Positions 40,789-53,738 of a DNA stretch of 64,000 bases are shown in pieces. Source of the stretch: Octopus sinensis. Taxonomy: Eukaryota. Made by a program: the position numbers and the translations under genes. The DNA lies in contig NC_043003.1 of assembly GCF_006345805.1 (NCBI RefSeq), positions 116,436,001-116,500,000 on the forward strand. The letters run 5' to 3'. Within the stretch, counting starts at the first letter, position 1. Each line of letters starts with the position of its first letter. A model generated the notes under the pieces. That model did no database searches and was not told the DNA's origin. It was given only the letters and a program-made list of their open reading frames with translations.

Positions 40789-41250
40789 ATAAACAGCTTT
40801 TATCCTTTACTACTTTCAGTTCGGTCACTGCCGTTAGCTTTACTACAATATCACTGCCTGGAACCTCCTCTGACATGTGGTATTTGGTGAATGAGGCAGT
40901 TGATGGACAGCTACCCTCATCTGCGTTTCTTGTCGCGAGATATGTTCATCCGGTACTTTTGACAGGAGAAGATCCAGTTTTGTTTTGAAGGCACCTACCG
41001 CCATCCCATGTAGATCTCTCATGAATTTTTAGGGAATATTTCTTTGTCTTCTTATTCGGACTATATTTTGCTCTTCGCTAAGCCCACAGAATGGCATTAC
41101 CGTAGTGAAACGAAGATTTTCTACACCTGAAGAATTTCGGTACTTATCTGGATTCCTACAGAACACGGGTTGAGTGCTTCTCTCGAAATATCCTATATTT
41201 ATGCCCAACCAGGACATTATATTGTGTGTGTGTGGTGTGTGTGTGTGTGT

Positions 41251-41283
<33 letters not shown>

Positions 41284-41691
41284 TGTGTAAGTGTGTTTAC
41301 TATTTCCTTGAGAGAAACCTGTCTACGAATGCTCCACTAATATTCCATTGAAACAAAACTTTACATGACAGGTATGTATAACTATTTTTCTAGTGCCAGA
41401 ACACTACATCGAGTAAGTACAATGCAAATAACTAGTTGAATTGGCCACGCTGTCATTTGTGGAACTCTTTCTGAAATACTAAAAATACATTCTAAGTTTC
41501 TAAGCCTTGTGCTCTATGACTTGTCCAATATAAAAAATATTTGCTTTCGCTTCAATTAGTTGAATGAAACCGATTGTATCTACACTAGACCTTGAATACA
41601 AATAGATATTACTGTTCTATATTTAAGAGATGAAGAATTATGTGCATTATTTATATTTGACGGATATTTGTCCTCATCTTGTTTGTTGTTA

Positions 41692-41735
41692 ACACAACGT
41701 TTCGGCTGATATACCCTCCAGCCTTCATCAGGTGT
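41692..41735 (-). ncRNA. Minimal type I hammerhead in a Penelope-like terminal repeat
   Basis: ACAC-CTGATGA-A-GGCTG(GAGGGTATAT)CAGCC-GAAA-C-GTT^GTGT. Confidence 0.7.
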
Positions 41736-42284
41736 CTTGGGGAAATTTCGAACCTGGGTTCTCGTTCATAAGTCACTGCCTGGAATCGATTTAAGGTGGG
41801 TTTATATGAGAGATCATCTGATTAAATGAATTTCAACATATTATTCTATTTTTCAATTCACTTGAGAATTAATTACTTTTTAATTAATAAAATATATCCA
41901 GACAATAAAATTTCGATTCCGTCAGGTGTAAATAATGTAAATAATGTTCAAATAGATATTTCATCGACTTCAGAGCGAGTAAATGTAAAATTGATACCAA
42001 TTTTAAATCTTATAGACTTAAAATTGGAAGGCATGCAGGTATCACTGAATACCTGATCGTATTTTTTTTTCAGGTGCAAACTACATATAGATAGACAGAC
42101 AGACAGATATACTGTGATTTCGTATCTCAGATCTTTTAGAGTCGTAGTAGTTCTGTCATGAAATGCGGCGTTTTTGGAGAATTTCTTAAAATGAATTTCA
42201 AATCTTTCAACAAGAAAGAAAACAAGCATAAAAGACAAACAGAAAGGAATAAAGAGAGAAAGATGGAAAGAAAGAAAATATATA

Positions 42285-42666
42285 GGCGCAGGAGTGGCTG
42301 TGTGGTAAGTAGCTTGCTAACCAACCACGTGGTTCTGGGTTCAGTCGCACTGCGTGGCATCTTGGGCAAGTGTCTTCTGCTATAGCCCCGGGCCGACCAA
42401 TGCCTTGTGAGTGGATTTGGTAGACGGAAACTGAAAGAAGTCTGTCGTATATATATGTGTGTGTGTGTCTGTGTTTTTCCCCCTAGCATTGCTTGACAAC
42501 AGATGCTGGTGTGTTTACGTCCCCGTCACTTAGCGGTTCGGCAAAAGAGACCGATAGAATAAGTACTGGGCTTACAAAGAATAAGTCCCGGGGTCGATTT
42601 GCTCGACTAAAGGCGGTGCTCCAGCATGGCCGCTGTCAAATGACTGAAACAAGTAAAAGAGTAAAG
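42285..42666 (+). mobile_element. SINE family B
   Basis: Full-length match to 37870-38303. Confidence 0.9.
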
Positions 42667-43100
42667 AAAAAAAATATATGACACAGGACAAAGTTGGTGT
42701 TTTATTTAACGAATGCGAAGAAATGAAGGCATTGCTGACCTCCGTGGGATTCGAATTCGGAACGTAGAGTACCAGAACGATGCATTCGAAGCGATTGCTC
42801 ATGTGTCCGTTGTAGATATTCTGATCATAATCAGAACGGACTCTGATATTGAATGGTGTTCGTAAAAGATGATGGATGGGCGTTGTGAGATGGCTAAGCC
42901 ATGTGATATGAAGAAGTTGATAAATGAGAACTAAATAAATCAATAGATAGAATGTTAGGCATGATGGAATGAAAATTAGACACGAATATTTCTCTCTCCC
43001 TCTCTCTTCCGCTCTGTCTCTCGCTCTCTCTTCTCTATCCCTCTCTACATATGTGTCTGTGTAAGTCTGTATGGGTATTTGCAGTATGTATGTATGTATG

Positions 43101-43170
<70 letters not shown>

Positions 43171-43579
43171 TATTATATATATATAGGTAAGACTGCGTAG
43201 CCCTCAGCAAATTAAGAATACTCAAATCATAAAGAATATTGAAATATTTATTCGTATGACCCTAATAGTGATTATACAACGACACTTGATTTCAAATTTC
43301 ATATCCAGAAAAATATCTAGAAAATCATCAAATAATAATAGACAACTATTCAACGAGAAAATTTTACAATATATATATTGTGAATTTTTTTACAATGGCG
43401 CCTAGAATTTCTGGTGTTGCATTAGAGAAATAAGTTTATGGTGCCATAGCTCATTACCTGTTGATATACAACATTAGATGTGTTTTATTTCCCTTGGGTT
43501 TAATCAAAACGATACGAGAACGTTGATAAACTATAAAATGTGGTTAGTATTGGAATGAGTTTACTGTAAATTTTAAATA

Positions 43580-44250
43580 GGCGCAGCAGTGGCTGTGTGG
43601 TTAGTAGCTTGCTTACCAACCACATGGTTCCAGGTTCAGTCCCACTGTGTGGCACCTTGGGCAAGTGTCATCTACTATAGCCTCCGACCGACCAATGCCT
43701 TGTGAATGGATTTGGTAGATGGAAACTGAAAGAAACCCGTGGTATATATATATATATATATATATATGTGTATGTGTGTGTGTGTGTGTGTGTTTGTGTG
43801 TCTGTGTTTGTCCCCCTAGCATTGCTTTACAACCGATGACGGAGTGTTTATGTCCCCGTCACTTAGCGATTCGGCAAAAGAGACCGATAGAATAAGTACT
43901 AGGCTTATATCCCGGGGTCGATGTGTTCGACTAAAGGTAGTCATCATCATCATCATTGTTAAACCATGGTCGAGACAATTGAATTTACCATGCTACGCCA
44001 GACTTCACGATCCATCATGGCATTATGGAGGTCCTGTTGCTGGATGCCTGTATCCCTGGAGAACGTCATCAGAGACAGGACCCGGCAAAGCAGGGGCTGG
44101 ACTTATATCCGCAGGTATACCATTAGGTCTGGATCCCTGGGGAAGAGGAACCCTGGTGCAGTTAATTGTAAATTCCATAGTCTTTTCAAATGGCTAATAA
44201 TGTGTGCGCGCGCTGGCCGCAATCAAATGACTGAAACAAGTAAAAGAGAA
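43580..44250 (+). mobile_element. SINE family B interrupted by an RTE derivative
   Basis: SINE sequence stops at CTAAAGG (43937) and resumes at TGGCCGC..AATGACTGAAACAAG (~44214). Confidence 0.85.
43938..44212 (-). mobile_element. Short RTE derivative
   Basis: 43942-44070 matches the RTE 3' end and (GAT)n tail at 49349-49476. Confidence 0.75.
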
Positions 44251-44662
44251 TAAAAGAGAAAAGTTCCTGGAATCAGTCACATTTCAAAAATTCATCAAAC
44301 CATTAATTTTAATATGAAATTTTATATACTTACTTCCATGGTTTTTAATACGCTAATACAAAATCCAAGTCTCTCGCCAGCATTGCAAAAATAATGTTCA
44401 AATAAACTGCTGTGGCTATTCCTGAAGAAGTAACGGTCGGGTTTCAGCCAATGATCTTTATGGAATACACTCTGTATGAAATTTCATTTACTTTGTAAAA
44501 TCAGCGATAGGGATAATACGAATTATGCACACGCACGCTTACACGCCCACACACATATGTACACGTGCATATATAATCAAACAGACATACATACTATGTG
44601 TATATGTATATGTACAAATATACGTATATGTATATATATATGTGTGTGTGTGTGTGTGTATG

Positions 44663-44700
<38 letters not shown>

Positions 44701-45479
44701 CAGACAGACAGACATATATACATTCATACATACATTGAGAGACGAATGAGAGAGAGAATGAGACAGATAGAGAAACGGACATAGGTAGATAGATAGAAAG
44801 ATAGATAGATTTGATTAATGAGTGGTTGAAGTGAACCGCTGGAGTGATGGTGAGATGTCTGCATGGATTGATAGATTGTTGAAGTGCTGGATATAGAGAC
44901 GGACGTATGTAGATGGATTTATGGATGCATGTATGTATGGCCTGAATAGTAGATACACCGGAAGCATGATATATCACTGTATAGCCGATTATATAGATAG
45001 CTTGAAGAAATTGTGCATTGAATGATGGATGAATGAATGGGAAATTTGTTGGAGTGAAAAGAAAATAGATTTGTTAAGTTTGGAAAGGGTGATATGGTCA
45101 TTTAGATGGATCGAAATAAACCTGGCTTATTCACTCTCTGCGATTTGTTGAATTAATCGAAATGTGGGGAATCTAGATAGATGGAAATCTAAGAGGGATT
45201 TAATATTATGCTTTGGAAAACCAGTGGAGTGGCAGAAACATCAGTGTTGTTCACTAGCTAAAACTTTAGATCTGTTTGTCATTCCATCTCTATCGCTACA
45301 CTTTGAGTTCAAATATTGTTTGTTTGGACTTTATATTTCCATCTCTGATACCTTGTGTGTTGTGTTCCGTTTAATTATATCTACGAATCTCTCTCTAATC
45401 AGAGAAATTAATATAGGAAATTAGCTTCAGGGTAATTAACAGTGATGGCTTGGGGCTGCAGTCTTCAAATTAACTTTCT

Positions 45480-46760
45480 CCCTTCTGATTTTGAGGAGAC
45501 TAATTTCTCAGGATTGTTATTTAGACAGCATGTTACAAATCACAGTGCCCTAATAAATACAAATTGAAGTTGTAATCTGGATAGGGCAACTGCAGATTTC
45601 TCAATAATCCAGGTATTCCCCTTTTCATTGATTTTCAGCTTTATGTTAACATCCGTTGGGCAGCTAATTTCCACAATTGAACACACTTTCTCTTCTGTGT
45701 CCCAAATCAATATATCTGGTTTGTTGCGCTTAAATTGTATAGGGGTTTACACTGGGACACTCTACCAGTGCTCCTTTTTATTATGAATAGCTATGGCTCC
45801 CATCATACTGAAGGTTCTTATTTCTTTGTCGTCGGGTTTGGCTCTTCGACGGGTCTCGTTATGCAGTGTCCTAGCCACAACATTATGTCTCATCAATAGA
45901 TAATACTTTACTGACATTTCCTGACAACTGCTTATGATGTGGTTCAGTGTTAACTCCACAAAGTCTGCATTGGTTGTCTTATTTTGCTGCTGTTCTTACA
46001 TTTCTGTCCTTTTTGTGCATCAGGTATTTGGTTCATATTTCTTGTTCCTGGATTGCAAACACATTTCCTTGAAAGCAGGAGTTAGTAATCCTGTTCTTAG
46101 TCTATGGTAGACCGCTTTGATCATCAATGTTACTATGATCCGGAATCTTTCTACTAACATATCCATGCATGGTCTTCTGCTCATATACGCCCATCCTTTC
46201 GTCTGATGATACGTTGCGGCAGAGAGAGTCGTGCGACTTCTTTGCTCATGCATTTGAGTTATCAGACAACGAATGCAGCTCATTGAGCTGCCTTCCAAGT
46301 CTTATGATGTTATCGGCCTCATGTTTGCAAACTTGGTCAAGGGATGCACTTCGACACTTGGTGCTTAAAAGATGTTGCCGAAGGGATACGATATGACATT
46401 CAAAGGCATTTTGAAACGATGTTAAACCTCTACTGCCTTGTTTTCGTTTTAGGCAGAGGCGGTCTACGTCACTTCATTTGGAGATTATGTGTACTGATTA
46501 GTATCCTCCTGATTTTCACATCAATGGATCGGATCTCATCAGGCGTTCAATGAAGCGTCCAATATATCAAGCGTCCTATCAAGGGTCCAGTCAAGAAACC
46601 CACATGTCGGTATGAGTACTGGCACTTCAAACACATTGTGGGCCACAGTTTTATTGAATGCAGAGAGTTCCGAGGTCCAAATTTTCTTTATTCGTTCGTA
46701 ATATTCTTTAGTGACACCTGTTTTGTCAGAGGCACAATTGTAACATATGCTTTCATCCAC
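45480..46760 (-). mobile_element. Decayed R4/Dong-like LINE with restriction-like endonuclease
   Basis: KIWTSELSAFNKTVAHNVF.VPVLIPT.G.LDWT; zinc-knuckle remnant HIISSCQEM...YLLMRHNVVA; NKPDI..WD..EKVCSIVEISCP PD-(D/E)xK motif near 45660-45725. Confidence 0.75.
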
Positions 46761-47103
46761 TCCTAGGCTTTAAAGAGTAAGACCTGGGGCTCGATGTATT
46801 CGATTAAAACCCTTCCATGTCCTGCTCCAACGTGGCTGCAGTCGAATTACTGAAACAAGTGAAAGAGTGAAGTGTAAAAGAATACGCGCGCGCATGCGCG
46901 TGTGTGTGTGTGGTGCTAAAATAGCAAAGGCACCAAGGTTGAGAGTCGGAAACAATGATAGTGAATCAGTGCATTAGCAATGTGTACGGACACACGTGTT
47001 GTTCTTAAAGTGAATCCGAATTTGTCTCACCATTCATGCACACATTCACAAATACTGACCGAATGCACAACGTGTATGCACAGTCACACAGAAGTACACT
47101 CAC

Positions 47104-47262
47104 GGTACGTATTCCACCGTCGACAATAGGCTCAATATCCAATGCAGAGAGGGTTCCCAGTGTGGTGAAGTATAAAACAACATAGATTACCCAAGGTTCA
47201 CAACAGCTGTCTCTCACATGTTCTTTATTTGGTGTGACCAAGATGGAAGCGTCAACTTGCAT
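47104..47262 (-). CDS. Candidate first coding exon of a host gene (signal-peptide-like)
   Basis: ATG at 47262 with A at -3. Exactly 53 codons then a GTGAGT donor (47103-47098). Upstream acceptors TTGCAG|G (47313) and CTTAG|G (47286). Hydrophobic stretch WVIYVVLYFTTLGTLSA. No homology recognised. Confidence 0.3.
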
Positions 47263-47450
47263 TATTTTCCATTTATCAAAAGAAGCCTAAGTGTGAAATC
47301 GTATTAAATTCACCTGCAAGCGAGATAACTCTTTCTTTATAATATTTGTCGGGTTTAGAAGCTTGAAGGCGAAATTTAGGAACAAATAAGATGCAAAGAA
47401 TATACTTGCTTAAGATTTTTCTCTTTCGTTATTCGTTATCTACCATAAAG

Positions 47451-47838
47451 TAGAGGCGCAATGGCCCAATAGTTAGGGCAGCGGACTCGCGCGGTCATAG
47501 GATCGCGGTTTCGATTCCCAGACCGGGCGTTGTGAGTGTTTAATGAGCGAAAACACCTAAAGCTCCACGAGGCTCCGGCAGGGGATGGTGGTGATCCCTG
47601 CTGTACTCTTTCACCACAACTTTCTCTCACTCTTACTTCCTGTTCCTGTTGTACCTGTATTTCAAAGGGCCGGCCTTGTCACTCTCTGTGTCACGCTGAA
47701 TATCCCCGAGAACTACGTTAAGGGTACACGTGTCTGTGGAGTGCTCAGCCACTTACACGTTAATTTCACGAGCAGGCTGTTCCGTTGATTCGGATCAACC
47801 GGAACCCTCGTCGTCGTAATCGACGGAGTGCTTCCATC
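47451..47838 (+). mobile_element. SINE family C
   Basis: Full length; perfect 13-bp TSD ATCTACCATAAAG at 47438-47450 and 47839-47851. Confidence 0.92.
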
Positions 47839-48437
47839 ATCTACCATAAAGGACATAACATTTCTATCCTTAGGTAGTCATGTATAGCACCATTTCGTTT
47901 GTTTTAAAAACACGTATTAATATATTGTGAGTGTGTGTGTGTGTATGTGTGTTTAGGTACATATTACTGTGAATTTATTTATTTATTTTCTGCATTCTAG
48001 TAATATTTTCAACAAATTGGGATAGCTCACGTTCATGCATAAACCACTAAATTTTGTGCCTCTATTTGAGCAAACAACAAAATGCAACAGAGCGCACGAC
48101 CAGCTACCATTGCTCTTCTTTATACTTCGATTATCGTCTACTCTTCGAAGCGAGAAACTATGGATGTTGTGGAGTTCTGCTTCGTGTTCGATTCAGAACG
48201 CTTCAATGATAACAAGCAGAATTTTAAAAAACTGTTTGTTTCCTAGTGAGCAGCGTGCAGAAAAATGTTTTAAATTGTGTAAATTCCGTTTATACAGTAT
48301 GAACTACACTCTGTCCTCCCACTTATATAATCTAACCTGGCGTTTACTTTGTCGAACAAAGGCATTGATATTGGTCATCGAATTCCTTGAAGTGTGCAAC
48401 ATAAGTGTGATTCCCCCTTGCCATAGTTTAACACTTA

Positions 48438-48624
48438 CTCTTTTACTTGTTTCAGTCATTTGACTGCGGCCATGCTGGAGCATCGCCTTTAGTCGAGCAA
48501 ATTGACCTCGGGACTTATTCTTTGTAAGCCCAGTACTTATTCTATCGGTAAATTTTGCCGAACCGCTAAGTGACGGAGACGTAAACACACCAGCATCGGT
48601 TATCAAGCAATGCTAGGGGGACAA

Positions 48625-48697
<73 letters not shown>

Positions 48698-48860
48698 CGA
48701 CGGGCTTCTTTCAGTTTCCGTCTAACAAATCCACTCACAAGGCATTGTTCGGCCCGGGGCTATAGCAGAAGTCACTTGCCCAAGATGCCACGCAGTGGGA
48801 CTGAACCCGGAATCATGTGGTTGGTTAGCAAGCTACTTACCACACAGCCACTCCTGCGCC
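48438..48860 (-). mobile_element. SINE family B
   Basis: Reverse complement of the family B consensus. Confidence 0.9.
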
Positions 48861-49348
48861 TTACTTACGGTAAGCTTAAATGGGAACATAGACACTCACC
48901 GGAATACATGTAACGTACGGAACTACAATATGATACATTAAATGTCCTGTTTCCATGAGAGTCTTCCTCATGTATACTCCTGCTTTGCTAACGCAATATA
49001 TAAGACTCAGCTACCTATGATATACTGTAATGGAAATATTCCACTTACACCTGTATCCCTAATTTTCTAGCAACCCAGGCTGAGTTTTCGGGTTGTTCGT
49101 TCAGTTACTGACAACGCCACTATGTGATGTTAGTTGATTTTTTTGGCTCAAGAAGCAAAAAGCAAGGCCATGTAGGGGGACATGGAGTTATGTACAGGGT
49201 GGTGTTCATGTAAAGATAAGCTAGCATCATATGTTGCACAGAGACCAATCTAAGAAACCTGGTATTATAAGATACATTCATTAATTTTGCAGCAAGACCA
49301 ACGCCCATGTTGATTTGATGCTTAGAATGTATTTAGTTGACAAGAGGA

Positions 49349-49818
49349 TCATCATCATCATTGTTCGACCGTGGTCGAGACAATGGAATTTACCATGCTA
49401 CGCCAGACTTCACGGTCCATCATGGCATTACGGAGGTCCTGTTGCTGGATGCCTGTATCCCTGGAGATTACATCAGGGTAGGAGAGTGTGCGCCCTCTGG
49501 TATTGCGAGTAGATGGCTTCCAGAGGAGAAGAGTAGAAATTACCTCTTTTTCAGCTCTACAATAATGTCCAGCAAACTGGACTCTCTTACCTTTCACAAG
49601 AGATGACACAGGTGGTAGTTTCCCATATATTTGCATTTTGGTTGGATGGCGCTTCCACGAGAGATTTTGAGCTCTCATAAGGAGGCGAGTGTAGGTTCCA
49701 TCAAACCGCCTCTCAAGCTTCTTTGATAACGTCCAGGTTTCTGAGCCATATAGTAGAATTGGTTCGACTGTGGTTTTGAAGATTTCAAGATGGAAGTCTC
49801 TACTTAGATTTGAGAGAC
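49349..49818 (-). mobile_element. 5'-truncated RTE LINE with open frame
   Basis: FKTTVEPILLYGSETWTLSKKLERRFDGTYTRLL...FAGH.CR...MMDREVWR; (GAT)n tail; TSD TTGACAAG(A/T)GGA at 49337-49348 and 49819-49830. Confidence 0.88.
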
Positions 49819-50879
49819 TTGACAAGTGGAACCTGCGTTCATATTCTACTTCAAACTCGAATTTTTGCTCCTTTAATTTCATATTGGTTTTAAGTCTGCG
49901 TTCTGCTTTTCACTAAAACTGCATTTGCCAACTTGATTTTCAAAGTCCATCACTCCATGTTTAAATGTCCTCTGAAGCTCTACTCAAAAGCGTATTTGTT
50001 ACCGGAGGCGAGGGTTTATTTGTCTGATAATTCTTAGAAGAGCTAAAAAAATTTCTCCATCAGAGTAAAGAAAACAGATGTAGTTTATAACTATTTCAGA
50101 CCCCAGAAACTGCTGTAAGTCATAGATTTTATAGATATATAATCAGTTTCATTATCTGAATATAGACGTCTGTAGACAAACGTGTGCTGGAAGGAAAATT
50201 GTAGAGTCTAATAAAGAATACTGGGCAACCTGCTTTCAATAAATCAAAGAAATGGTAAAAATACAGTTGCAAGAGATATATTCTACACCCTGTAGAATAC
50301 CATCATTACTGTGAGCTCATTGCCCACGGCGCTCAGGGTAAATATAAATAATAATCTAGTTGATGTTATGAATAAAGTAATGTTCTTAAGATGTTGTGAA
50401 AATTAAATGTTTCACATTTAATCGTTAAATTACTCTAGTATTAAGTAGTTGAAGTATATTCGGTACTTCAGTGAAATTTAGAGAACCCAGGGGAAAAAAT
50501 TCATAGTATGCGTATTCAATCTATCATATCTTGAGGTTGTTTAGAATGCTTTAGAAATGATGGAAAGGTATGAATTATTATCAGGTTACTGATGTTAAGA
50601 AAGTGAAGAATAAAATAGAAATTATCAATGGGAGGTACTAGATAACTAAGTTCTATCAAAACTCCGGGGTGTTAGAACATAAAATCTAAAAGCATCTTCC
50701 ATGCCTATATCTTCAAGAATCAGAGTGCATCCTGAGGGCATTTATTGGGGAAAGTAACAGAAATAAATTATAGTTGGCTAAGAGAAATGTAGAAATATAC
50801 ACAAAACGCCAGAACAGATACGTACACAGAAATAGATATTTACACAGATTTAGAGAAAGAAAACGTATGAGAAACTACA

Positions 50880-50943
50880 GCTACTACTACAACTACGACT
50901 ACGACTACTGCAACTGATAATGATGATGATAATGATAATAATA

Positions 50944-51008
<65 letters not shown>

Positions 51009-51055
51009 GCTGTTCTTGCTGCTGCTGCTGCTGCTGCTATATTAACTATCATCAT
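50880..51055. repeat. Trinucleotide cluster (CTA)n/(AAT)n/(GCT)n
   Basis: Read directly. Confidence 0.9.
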
Positions 51056-51395
51056 TATTTTATCATAACTATGTTCACAACAGTCTTTTACAAGCTTCTT
51101 CTAAACCACGAGATGAAAATGCTTATCCGTCACGTGCGTATGGCATTGTTGTCTAGAAGTGTATATCCCCTAGGTTTTCTTTCTTGGGGAACTTCATTTA
51201 ATTGTTACCCCCGTATATTTTAGGGTTTAGTCTTTTGTGTAGATTATGCGCACTACAAATTCTTTTTCTATTTTTATTTTCAAGTAGGTTGACAAAAGAG
51301 CACATGTTTGCTTCTTCCTTCCCACCAGGGACGCATTGATAGGCGGAGTTGATACTTCATACACTTATTGAGAGTTTGGTAGCCTTATATGGGAT

Positions 51396-51640
51396 CACTC
51401 CGTCGGTTACGACGACGAGGGTCCCAGCTGATTCAATCAACGGAAAAGCCTGTTCATGAAATTAATGTGCAAGTGGTTGAGCACTCCACGGACAAGTGTA
51501 CCCATAATGCAGATTCAGCGTGACACAGTGTGTGGCAAGACCGGCCTTTTGAAATACAAACTGTCTTCCTCAAGGACACAACGCGTCGCTGAAAATTGAA
51601 CTCACGACCTTACGATCTTGAGCCGAACATCCTTGCCACT
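51396..51640 (-). mobile_element. Diverged SINE with a family-C 3' tail
   Basis: CACTCCGTCGGTTACGACGACGAGGGT...GAGCACTCCAC..CAGCGTGACACAG. Confidence 0.7.
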
Positions 51641-51670
51641 AAGCCTTCCGTCTTCGCATATCCACGCGTC

Positions 51671-52000
51671 TTCACATGGCCATTGCCTTCACATGGTCAC
51701 TACCTTCACATGGCCATTGCCTTCACATGGTCACTACCTTCACATGGCCATTGCCTTCACATGGTCACTACCTTCACATGGCCATTGCCTTCACATGGTC
51801 ACTACCTTCACATGGCCATTGCCTTCACATGGTCACTACCTTCACATGGCCATTGCCTTCACATGGTCACTACCTTCACATGGCCATTGCCTTCACATGG
51901 ACACTACCTTCACATGGCCATTGCCTTCACATGGTCACTACCTTCACATGGCCATTGCCTTCACATGGTCACTACCTTCACATGGCCATTGCCTTCACAT
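51671..52000. repeat. 34-bp minisatellite made of two alternating 17-mers (~9.7 copies)
   Basis: TTCACATGGCCATTGCC alternates with TTCACATGGTCACTACC; nearly perfect. Confidence 0.95.
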
Positions 52001-52190
52001 AGTAGCGTTATATACGAGTAAAATAAAAACAATGGCACAGAAGCAACATAGACACTAAAGCTGTCTTTTGTCTCTCCGTCACTTTTCGGACCGGTATGCT
52101 TAAGGGGTGAAACAAACGTTAAACAAACTGACACAAAATCAGTCAGGGTCTGTAAGGACCTGTCAGACCTAACCACTGTTGTAGATCATA

Positions 52191-53738
52191 CACGGCGTCC
52201 TACCTTATTAGGCAAATCAAACTTCTCTCAATAAATAAATGTACATTCGTTCAAAACCAGTTGTTTTCCCACTGACTGTTGGCAATACCTATCTGCGCAC
52301 GTTTTGTTAAAACAATTCGGATCTTCACAGAAGAAGCAAACGGCCACCATTATCATGAAGCAGTAACAGTTATGGAGTCCCAAACTATTAGGCAGGTGCT
52401 CAATTTAAGTGTCATTATGGGTCAGAAATGCGATCTTACCTTGAATGAGAAGTCTATCATCGTGTCAAAACTTAGGAAAAGAAAAAAAGCCATAGAAATA
52501 TCAAAAAACTGGGAAGAGATCATCAAAGAGTGAAGACATTTGTGTAGTCTCCTATAAAAGGACAAGTCGAGGGTTGCTTTGAACCGTATTTTGTCACGTG
52601 TGAAAAGGGAAGTCGTACGGAACCCATGTTTGACAAGTGAAGAAATCTTCAAACTTTGTGGCAGCGAAGACGTATCGAAGACTACCAGGTGTCACCCTAT
52701 GATGCAAGTAGCCAGGAATGTTAAACATGTTACAAGGCCCCCTCTGAAGGCTGTTCATAAGCAGAAGAGACTGAAATTGGCAGAAGAATACATGAAAATA
52801 GGCTTTTCAAAAGGTCTGCTCACTGACGAATGCCGCGCTACCCTTGATGAACCAGATGGCTGCAGGAAATGTCGGGTATCAATCAATGGAAACCGTCCTC
52901 ATCGTTTGAGACGCCAACAGGGGGAGTTGGGGTTATGTTTTGGGCTGGCATCGTTGGTCTGGCATCCTTGGTCCCAAATTGCATTAAGATAACATAGAAA
53001 ACATACTTTCTTAATGTCCAACCGTGTTTCAAAAGGCAAACACTTTCAATTCAAAAGAAATCTGGTCTTCGTGCAAAATAATGCCCGTGCCACGCAGCGA
53101 AAAATTCTAAGGAATACCTGCCGCAAACAGGCTTCTCTGGAGATCGTTTGATGGCATGGCTACCTTGTTCCACTGATTTAAACCCAATCGAGAACCTATG
53201 GAGTGTTCTGAAGAGGCGCGTTTACCAAGATGAACGACAGTTTTCGTGTAAAGTTTCCCTCTAGGTTGCTATTGTAGATGCTGCTCAAAATATGACACAA
53301 GAGGATATCATCACCTTGTTAAATTCAAAAGATCAGCGTGTAAGGAAGGTTATTGCTTGTGGAGAGCCATACAGCAAACATTAAGAGTTGTATGACATAA
53401 TAATCGCATGATTATTTTCATTGCGACGTGTTATTATGTGTACCATTAAATCCTTTATGGATGACATTTGTCAAACCTTTGCTGTTGAATTAAATAAATG
53501 TTTGTTCTGACACAATGACTATTTTTTTTATTCTTGCCTAATAATTTGTGACGGTGAAAATATTGCCCAGTCACAAAAATGGCCGCCATTTGTTGGCGTC
53601 TGCGCAGATCCGATTTATTGTAACAAAATGTGCATAGATAGTTTTCGCCAACAGTCCGTGGGAAAACAACTGATTTTGAACAAATATACATTTATTTATT
53701 AAGAGAGGGTTGATTTGTCTAATATGTGAAACGCAGTA
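52191..53738 (+). mobile_element. Tc1-family DNA transposon, full length but decayed
   Basis: TA flanks; ~170-210-bp TIRs. Transposase from ATG 52417 (MGQKCDLT..) with TDECRATLDEPDG, QNNA (QDNA-like) and STDLNPIENLWSVLKRRV; frameshifts and stops. Confidence 0.88.

Noticed and set aside
43378-43463. Minus-strand hammerhead-like relic with GCTATGGCACC/GGCGCCATTGT stem
   Set aside because: Core reads GTAATGA and AAAA; too degenerate to annotate.
47451-47525. tRNA gene
   Set aside because: A/B boxes belong to a SINE head followed by a SINE body and TSD; the same applies to all family A-D heads.
51596-52058. His-rich repetitive ORFs (SHGHCLHM...)
   Set aside because: Open in all three frames because the 34-bp minisatellite lacks stops.
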